NCBI GenBank assembly: GCA_045654685.1
Contig: JAZONV010000088.1
Span: forward strand, 585-64,584
Origin: Clostridia bacterium
GTDB taxonomy: Bacteria > Bacillota > Clostridia > UMGS1810
Direction: 5' to 3'
DNA: 64,000 bases
How positions within the stretch are numbered: the first letter of the stretch is position 1; the number at the start of each line of letters is the position of its first letter. The notes under the pieces were generated by a model. It searched no databases, was not told where the DNA came from, and was given only the letters and a program-made list of their open reading frames with translations. A program made the translations under genes and the position numbers. This document shows, piece by piece, positions 57,395-64,000 of this stretch.

Positions 57395-60046
57395 GTGAAT
57401 AAAAGAATAATATCTGTAATTCTGACTCTTGCATTTGTTATATCGGGATTTGCATGCACTTCTTTTGCACAAGATGAAGTTGATGCTCCCGTAATTTCAA
57501 AAGATTTTGAATTTGCAAAAGCAGTCGGAATATTTGGAGACGAATACGTTCCCAACGAAGCAGTTTCAAGAATTGGACTTGCAAAATGTTTTTCAAATAT
57601 CATCTTAAAAGGCGTTGAGCCTGCATTGGATAGCGGAAGTGTGCTTTTTGATGATGTTGACTATGCTGATGCCGGCTATGCAGATGCAATGGCAGGTGCC
57701 GGAATAATGACCGGCGTGGGCCCAAGAACATTTTTACCCAACGGAAATGTTACATATATGCAGCTTCTCAAAGTTTTTGTATCTTTCCTTGGCTACGATG
57801 TTAAAGCTCAGGGACTTGGCGGATATCCTTCAGGATATATGGCAGTTGCAACAGAGCTGGGACTTACAGACAAAAACTCACCATATTTGGATAGCTACAT
57901 AACATATGAAACTCTTGCAACAATGTTTAAGGTTGCTCTCAGAGTGCCCCTTTTCCAGATTCTCTATTATGAAGACAGCACCTTCATATACAGAGAAAAT
58001 GAAAAAACCGACTACCTCAGAGAATATCTTGACGTACACAGATATTCACAGGTGGTAAATGCCGTATATAACACAAATATAATAAACGGCAAAGAAATCG
58101 AACATGATGAAATAATTCTCGGAAACACAACTTTCAGATTTGATGCAAAAACATCCGACCTTTATGAAAAACTCGGATACAAACTCGAAGTTTTCTACAA
58201 GAAAAACGGCATGGATGCACAGATTATCTATTATGATGAATATGATAATAACGTAATCACATTGGACGGAAAAGATGTGGAAGGCTATGAAGACGGAAAC
58301 ATTCTTTATTCTGTGGACAACAAAGAAAAAAGAATTAAAATCTCCACAGATACAAACGTTCTCTACAACGGCAACCTTTGTGCCGAATATGACGAAACAA
58401 TTTTCAATCAATGGTATCTCACCAATAAAGACGGTTCCCTTAAAGCAATCGACAACAACGGTGACAAAAAGTACGATTTCGTAATTGTTGATGCATATGA
58501 GTCCTATGTTGTAGATACAATTACCGCTGAAGCAATCATTCCAATGTACAGAAGCTCTGTTGTTATAGACATTAGTGCCTATGTTCAGGGTGAAGCTGTT
58601 CTTTTCAGAAACGTTAAGGGAAAACCCGTAAGCATTGACAGCGTTGTACAGGGAAGTGTCATAAGCGTATCCAAAAACCTTGACGGTGTTGTAACAAACA
58701 TTGTCGTTACAGCCGACACCTACACAGGTGAAGTTGAGGAAATAGAGATTGAAGACGGAAAGTATTATATAACCGTTAGCGGAACAAGATATAATCCTTC
58801 AGCTTGTCTTTCCTACAATCCCCAGGTTTCAAGACTTCGTCCGGGCAACAAGGTTACAATGATGTTCAACAAAGGCGGACTTTTATCCGACATTGAAATG
58901 ATGAAATATCAGCAGATTGATACTGCATATCTTATGGATGCAAAAACCGCAAAAGGTCTTGAAGCGGGAAATTCCGTAAGCATAAGATTTTTCTCATCAG
59001 GCGGATTTTTCGGAACATTTGACCTTGCTGAAAAAGTTGAAGTTCTCTATGGAGAAGAAACATACTATTTAAAACCCATAGAAGTTCTTGATAAATTTGG
59101 TTATGAAGGAAACAAAGCAGACGGAAACATCAAAAGACAACCATTTATGTACAAGAAAAACAAAGACGGCAAGATCAATTGGGTGAATATCGCCAAAGAA
59201 GGTTCAGATCCTGTGAACGGTTTGTATAAATATAAACTTACAGACATTGGTCTTTCTGAAAGCCCCAAATTCTATGGATCAACTTTTGAAGGAAAACTTC
59301 TTTTGAACGGTACTGCAATATTCTGCGTACCCAATGAAGAAAACAGAGACGACGATTCGTTCTATAATGTTAAGACAAGTCTTGAAAACAACAACGCCGG
59401 ATATAATGGCATCCAGATCTATGGTTCAAAGAAAGAAAGCCGTATTGCAACTGCCATTGTCATAACATCTGAAACCCAGGGTGCAAACCTTTCTTCATCG
59501 GTTATGATTGTTGATAGTGTAACAGATGCTCTTGACCCCAATGGCATTCCTGCCGTTAAGGTAAAAGGCTATGTTGGCGGAGCAGTAAAAGAATATTATG
59601 GTACACGTGCTTCTCTTACGGATGAAAACGGAATTTCACCTGCCCAGGGAGATGTGGTTTCCATAAAAGTCGGAAGAGAGGATAAAATCGTAGAATACAC
59701 TATTCTCTTTGATCAGGACATAAAAGACCTGACCGGAACTGCAAATCCGACAGTATCAAGAATGGACGAAAGATACAGATATCTTTACGGAAGACTTGAC
59801 TGGTCCGATGAAGAAAGTTTCCTTGTTGAAATTGATGACGGTTCGGGCAATCTCACAAAAGACGTATACCTCAAGTCCACATCATACAGATACTACGTAT
59901 GTGAAGACCTTGGAACAAGAGGAGTCAAGGTGAGAACTGCAAAAGCAGCAGAAGTTTTTGCATATCCTGCTGGATATGAGAAAGCAAACAATATATTCAT
60001 GTGGACAAATTACGGTACACCACAGATTATTGTAGTTTATAAATAA
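57395..60046 (+). CDS. Large secreted SLH-like/beta-rich protein, paralog of 47214..49877
   Basis: GTG start 3 nt after the upstream stop. Collinear similarity (..LKVFVSFLGYDVKAQGLGGYPSGYMAVAT..). Confidence 0.7.
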   Translation: MNKRIISVILTLAFVISGFACTSFAQDEVDAPVISKDFEFAKAVGIFGDEYVPNEAVSRIGLAKCFSNIILKGVEPALDSGSVLFDDVDYADAGYADAMAGAGIMTGVGPRTFLPNGNVTYMQLLKVFVSFLGYDVKAQGLGGYPSGYMAVATELGLTDKNSPYLDSYITYETLATMFKVALRVPLFQILYYEDSTFIYRENEKTDYLREYLDVHRYSQVVNAVYNTNIINGKEIEHDEIILGNTTFRFDAKTSDLYEKLGYKLEVFYKKNGMDAQIIYYDEYDNNVITLDGKDVEGYEDGNILYSVDNKEKRIKISTDTNVLYNGNLCAEYDETIFNQWYLTNKDGSLKAIDNNGDKKYDFVIVDAYESYVVDTITAEAIIPMYRSSVVIDISAYVQGEAVLFRNVKGKPVSIDSVVQGSVISVSKNLDGVVTNIVVTADTYTGEVEEIEIEDGKYYITVSGTRYNPSACLSYNPQVSRLRPGNKVTMMFNKGGLLSDIEMMKYQQIDTAYLMDAKTAKGLEAGNSVSIRFFSSGGFFGTFDLAEKVEVLYGEETYYLKPIEVLDKFGYEGNKADGNIKRQPFMYKKNKDGKINWVNIAKEGSDPVNGLYKYKLTDIGLSESPKFYGSTFEGKLLLNGTAIFCVPNEENRDDDSFYNVKTSLENNNAGYNGIQIYGSKKESRIATAIVITSETQGANLSSSVMIVDSVTDALDPNGIPAVKVKGYVGGAVKEYYGTRASLTDENGISPAQGDVVSIKVGREDKIVEYTILFDQDIKDLTGTANPTVSRMDERYRYLYGRLDWSDEESFLVEIDDGSGNLTKDVYLKSTSYRYYVCEDLGTRGVKVRTAKAAEVFAYPAGYEKANNIFMWTNYGTPQIIVVYK

Positions 60047-60059
60047 GGAGGTTGAGATA

Positions 60060-63000
60060 ATGAAAAGAATAATTTGTATTGTCCTTGCATTTTTAATGCT
60101 TTCCACAAGTGCATTTGCGGCAAAAAGACCAATTGACTATTTTGGAGTTGTAGCAAATGATAATCTCACCTTCCCCGAAAAAGTAATACCCACTTTGGTG
60201 AATGGTAACATTGTTGTTGAAGCAGAAAATATGGACTATTCCAAAGATGCTAAAATAATTGCAGACGGTGATGCATCGGAAGGCTATGCCATCACTTGTG
60301 CCGCTGCAAAATATTCAAACGCCCCCGAAGAAGTTGAAGAAGTAACAATGAGCCTTAAAATTCAGGTTCCCGAGGATGAAATCGGACGCTACTATCTCTG
60401 GCTTCGTCTGAAAACCCCTGCAAATGGTACATCATACTTTGAATCAATGACCGGTAACTCAAAGTATCAGACAAAATGGCTCACAAACCGTGCCGATTAC
60501 TATTGGCTCAAGGTTGCAACACCAAGCCTTGCAGATGGTGTTTTTGAATATAATGTAAAATACAGAGACTATGCATTCAGACTGGACAAATTCATTCTCA
60601 CAAATGATGAGGATTTTGCTCCTGTCGGAATGGATGACCTTCCAAATGCAATGCTTGGAATTGAAAAAGAGCCTATCGCTCCTCCTCCGCCGGTAACTCC
60701 TCCCGCAGGCGTTCACCCAAGAGTTTTGTTCCAGGAAAAAGACATTCCCCAGATTAAGAAAAACTGGGAACACCCTGTCCTTGCAACAATGTATGCTCAG
60801 GTTAAAGACAGAGCATTTATCGAAATGGATTGTCATATGCCCGACAAAGGCGGCGCAAACAACTTCTCTGTTGGACACGCGTTTAACATTCAGTGCCGTG
60901 CACTTATGTATGCTTTTGGTGAAGCGGACAAGAAACATGCCAAGAAAACAATTCAGCATATGAAAGATATGTATGATACTGTTGTTTGGGCAAGTGCCAA
61001 CGATATCACCCGTCAGATGGGTACATTGCTTGCTGTAAGCGGATGTGTATATGACTGGTGCTATGATGTCCTCACAGAAGAAGATAAAGAATATTTCATA
61101 TTGCAGATGAAGAAAGTTGCATCAAAGATGGAAATCGGCTACCCTGCAGGAATGAATGAAACCTTTGCAGGTCACGGCGGTGAAGGTGAACTTTTCTACT
61201 TCCAGTCCACAGCAGGTATTGCCATCTATGATGAAGACCCCCAGATGTATAATGCAGCAGCGGGTGTTCTTTATGAATATATGTTCCCCACAAGAAAAGC
61301 CTTCAACGATGCAGGAATCCACCCCGCAGGCACCACATATGGACCTTTAAGAACAATGTGGGAGGTTGTCGGTCAACTTGTGTTTGAGAGAATGGGCGAC
61401 CATAATGTAATGGGTGAAAACATTTCCAATATCCCTCTCACCACAATCTATACAAGACAGCCAAACGGAATGTATTTTGAAGACGGTGACACCTGGATTG
61501 CAGTAAATGCCTCAATAGGTCCGACCTATCAGACAAACGACCTTCCCCTTATGATATATGCATCCTACTATGATGACCCCTTTGTATATGGTGAAGCTGT
61601 AAAAAATCTGTCTCTCAGAGGCTACTCTGCAGGCTCATCAGTATATGATAACGGAGTGCTTGCGCTTCTTTTCCTGAATCCCAACAAAGAATTTGCATAT
61701 ATGGATGACTATGGCAAAGAAGCTCCCCTCACACACTTCACTTCATATCCCATAACCACAATGCAGGCAAGAACCTCCTGGAGACAGGGTATGCTTGGAG
61801 AAACTGCTCAGGTGTTTGTAAACGGTCAGGAAAAACTCATTGGTGACCACGACCACGACCATTCAGACATCGGCGCATTTTCAATCTACTATAAAGGTCT
61901 TCTCACAGGAAGTGCGGGAACCTATGCAGGTCCCAACGGCGGTTGGGGTGTTCAGCACTACTATAACTACTACAGAAGAACAGTTTCCAAAAACTGTCTC
62001 ACAGTATATGATCCCAATGAAACATTCGGTATCTCAGGATATCCTCTTAACTATGACCTTGCAAACGATGGTGGTCAGAGATTTGAAGAAAATTCAGACA
62101 CCTATCCCGAATTTGAATCTCATGCAGACCATGCAAAAACAGATTCAACCTATGCAGGTCCAAACAGAGAAACACCTGAATTCTCATATCTCAAAACAGA
62201 CCTTACAGATGCATACACCGAAAAGGTTGCAGGCTACACTCGTTCAACAGTTGTTCTTAACCTTTTCAATACAGATTACCCCATGGCACTTATCTGCTAT
62301 GACAACGTGTCATCCTCAAATGCATCTTTCAAAAAGACATGGAACCTTCAGTCCTATGAGTTAGAGCCCAAAACCGAAGGAAATATCACCACAATTGAAA
62401 GAGACAACTATGGCTACACAGGAAAACTTGTTGTTCAGACAATGATTCCGGAAGGTCAGAATGCAGTGTTCACAAATGTGGGCGGTCAGGGCAAAGAAAG
62501 TTTTGTTGACGGTGTTAACTATGACAACTGGGAAACAGGTCACGAACAGGGACTTTGGAGACTTGAACTTTCACCGAGAAAAGCATCAAAAGACGATGTG
62601 TTCTTGAATGCTATGTACGTGACAGACAAGACTAAAAATCTCCCTCAGCTTCCCATGACAAAATATGAAACAGACAGATTCTATGGTGTTGGAGTTATGG
62701 ACAGACTCGTATTCTTCTCCAAAAAGAGAGAAATGACAACCATTCCTTTCACTCTCAATGTTCCCCAGAGCGAATATGCTGAAACATGTGTTCTTGTAAC
62801 CGACGTTGCTGCAGGCAAATGGCAGGTAACAGGCGGAAGTGTGAACACAGTTATGGAAGTTAGTGAAGAAGAAAACGTAATCTATCTCAGGCTTACTCCT
62901 GGTGACTACACTTTCACAAAAGTTGACGATGCAACAGAGGCAGTTAAAATTGATTATCCAAGAGATGAAAGAACATTAAGAACAGGTGACGTTTGGGTAT

Positions 63001-63755
63001 ATAATGTAACAGAGAGAAGATTCTCCTACACAGAAGATCCCACAGTTGCAAAAGACGGTCAGCCATTCCTTTCAGAAGATGATTACAGAGCAAACGGCGC
63101 AACAGTTACCGTTTCAGGAAATCAGGTGACTCTCACAAGAGGTAACGCTACAACCATTCTCACAATCGGAAGCACCGAGGCAATCACAAATGATATTGCA
63201 GTTACAAATCAGACAGCACCGTTTATAGGGGATAACGGTAAGGTGTATATCAATCCTCTTGAAAACAACAGAACCTTTGGAATGAATGCAGTTTATGACT
63301 CATTTGCAAGAATCCTGAAGGTTAGCAAAATGTCAACACCTGACGAATTCAAGAATGTTATAGATATTACAAAGATTGCAGAGCCTCTCGGATGTTCCGC
63401 ATCCTCACACGATGGTAATGCACCTGAAAACGCTCTTGACTACAACTACAATACAAGATGGTCAGCAGATGGTATCTATGAATTTATAACCATTGACTAC
63501 GGTACAAAAACAGACTTTGACAAACTTATGATTGCAACACTTGAAGGTGATCTCAGAAGTCTTGAGTTTGAAATTCTCGTATCAGATGATGGCATTAACT
63601 TCACCGAAGTATACAAAGGCAAGGCATCGGGTACAACCACCGCAATTGAGTCATTCCCCGTTAATGCATCAGGAAGATATATTAAACTTTATTGCCACGG
63701 CAATAACCTTAACACATGGAACTCCGTAACAGAAATTATCGCACTTAAAAAATAA
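60060..63755 (+). CDS. Heparinase II/III-like putative polysaccharide lyase, paralog of 49892..53611
   Basis: Same architecture and motifs (GDHDHDHSDIGAFSIYYKG; C-terminal discoidin-like module). Roughly two thirds of residues are identical by eye. Confidence 0.65.
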   Translation: MKRIICIVLAFLMLSTSAFAAKRPIDYFGVVANDNLTFPEKVIPTLVNGNIVVEAENMDYSKDAKIIADGDASEGYAITCAAAKYSNAPEEVEEVTMSLKIQVPEDEIGRYYLWLRLKTPANGTSYFESMTGNSKYQTKWLTNRADYYWLKVATPSLADGVFEYNVKYRDYAFRLDKFILTNDEDFAPVGMDDLPNAMLGIEKEPIAPPPPVTPPAGVHPRVLFQEKDIPQIKKNWEHPVLATMYAQVKDRAFIEMDCHMPDKGGANNFSVGHAFNIQCRALMYAFGEADKKHAKKTIQHMKDMYDTVVWASANDITRQMGTLLAVSGCVYDWCYDVLTEEDKEYFILQMKKVASKMEIGYPAGMNETFAGHGGEGELFYFQSTAGIAIYDEDPQMYNAAAGVLYEYMFPTRKAFNDAGIHPAGTTYGPLRTMWEVVGQLVFERMGDHNVMGENISNIPLTTIYTRQPNGMYFEDGDTWIAVNASIGPTYQTNDLPLMIYASYYDDPFVYGEAVKNLSLRGYSAGSSVYDNGVLALLFLNPNKEFAYMDDYGKEAPLTHFTSYPITTMQARTSWRQGMLGETAQVFVNGQEKLIGDHDHDHSDIGAFSIYYKGLLTGSAGTYAGPNGGWGVQHYYNYYRRTVSKNCLTVYDPNETFGISGYPLNYDLANDGGQRFEENSDTYPEFESHADHAKTDSTYAGPNRETPEFSYLKTDLTDAYTEKVAGYTRSTVVLNLFNTDYPMALICYDNVSSSNASFKKTWNLQSYELEPKTEGNITTIERDNYGYTGKLVVQTMIPEGQNAVFTNVGGQGKESFVDGVNYDNWETGHEQGLWRLELSPRKASKDDVFLNAMYVTDKTKNLPQLPMTKYETDRFYGVGVMDRLVFFSKKREMTTIPFTLNVPQSEYAETCVLVTDVAAGKWQVTGGSVNTVMEVSEEENVIYLRLTPGDYTFTKVDDATEAVKIDYPRDERTLRTGDVWVYNVTERRFSYTEDPTVAKDGQPFLSEDDYRANGATVTVSGNQVTLTRGNATTILTIGSTEAITNDIAVTNQTAPFIGDNGKVYINPLENNRTFGMNAVYDSFARILKVSKMSTPDEFKNVIDITKIAEPLGCSASSHDGNAPENALDYNYNTRWSADGIYEFITIDYGTKTDFDKLMIATLEGDLRSLEFEILVSDDGINFTEVYKGKASGTTTAIESFPVNASGRYIKLYCHGNNLNTWNSVTEIIALKK

Positions 63756-63779
63756 GCAACACATACAAGGAGAATAATT

Positions 63780-64000
63780 ATGATATTTCCACGTCCAAAA
63801 AGTGAAGTCTATCATGAAGGCTCATATACAATGAAAGCATACAGAGAAACAAGTGATCTTGTTTCTCTGTATGAAGAATTAAAATCAGGAACAGAAGACC
63901 TTACGGTTAAAACTGAACTGACACTTGGCAAAGAAGAATATACCATAAATGTTGATGAAAACGGCATTTTGATTACTGTTTCAACAGATGAAGGGCTTTT
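63780..64000 (+). CDS. GH20-like protein, paralog 3 (5' part; runs off the window end)
   Basis: MIFPRPKSEVYHEGSYTMKAY...LTLGKEEYTINVDENGILITVSTDEGL parallels the N-termini at 26540 and 38881. RBS aaggaga upstream. Confidence 0.6.
   Translation, partial: MIFPRPKSEVYHEGSYTMKAYRETSDLVSLYEELKSGTEDLTVKTELTLGKEEYTINVDENGILITVSTDEGL

Overview
This window looks like a low-GC, spore-forming Clostridia chromosome segment. Supporting genes are spo0A, the yidC/jag pair, SLH-anchored proteins and an agr-type quorum-sensing locus.

Gene content, left to right:
- 1-7.8 kb: three surface-protein genes built from cohesin-like, dockerin-like, Listeria-Bacteroides-repeat and SLH modules.
- 8.5-17.4 kb: spo0A, a partly duplicated SLOG+RHH two-gene unit, rhaA, pgsA, coaX with an ECF S-component, an AraC regulator and an oxidoreductase.
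- 17.8-24.4 kb, minus strand: two cell-wall enzymes, then the origin-proximal block mnmE-jag-yidC-yidD-rnpA-rpmH, followed by malQ.
- About 26.0-26.1 kb: three perfect DnaA boxes, and gene orientation switches here, but no dnaA is present. A 282-nt three-helix foldback lies next to the boxes.
- 26.5-42 kb, plus strand: a glycan-degradation island (three divergent GH20-like paralogs counting the window-end copy, an SGNH esterase, a GH2 beta-mannosidase-like gene, a GH39-like gene). It is interrupted by an agr-like locus (LytTR regulator, kinase, AgrB and an AgrD peptide gene missing from the ORF track) and two secreted proteins of unknown function.
- 42.4-64 kb: three AraC regulators and a twice-occurring three-gene operon (SLH protein, large SLH-like protein, about 1235-aa heparinase II/III-like protein with CBM-like and discoidin-like ends).

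The least explained signal is non-coding. Several intergenic regions carry dense arrays of short perfect hairpins joined by conserved 7-8 nt linkers (GCTAAAT/ATTTAGC at 28.5 kb; ATTTCAT at 13.3 kb, partly repeated at 38.3 kb). Others carry nested long inverted repeats (9.4, 17.4 and 26.2 kb).

No tRNA, rRNA, CRISPR array, transposase or integrase gene was recognised. All functional calls come from motif recognition by eye; no searches or folding computations were run.
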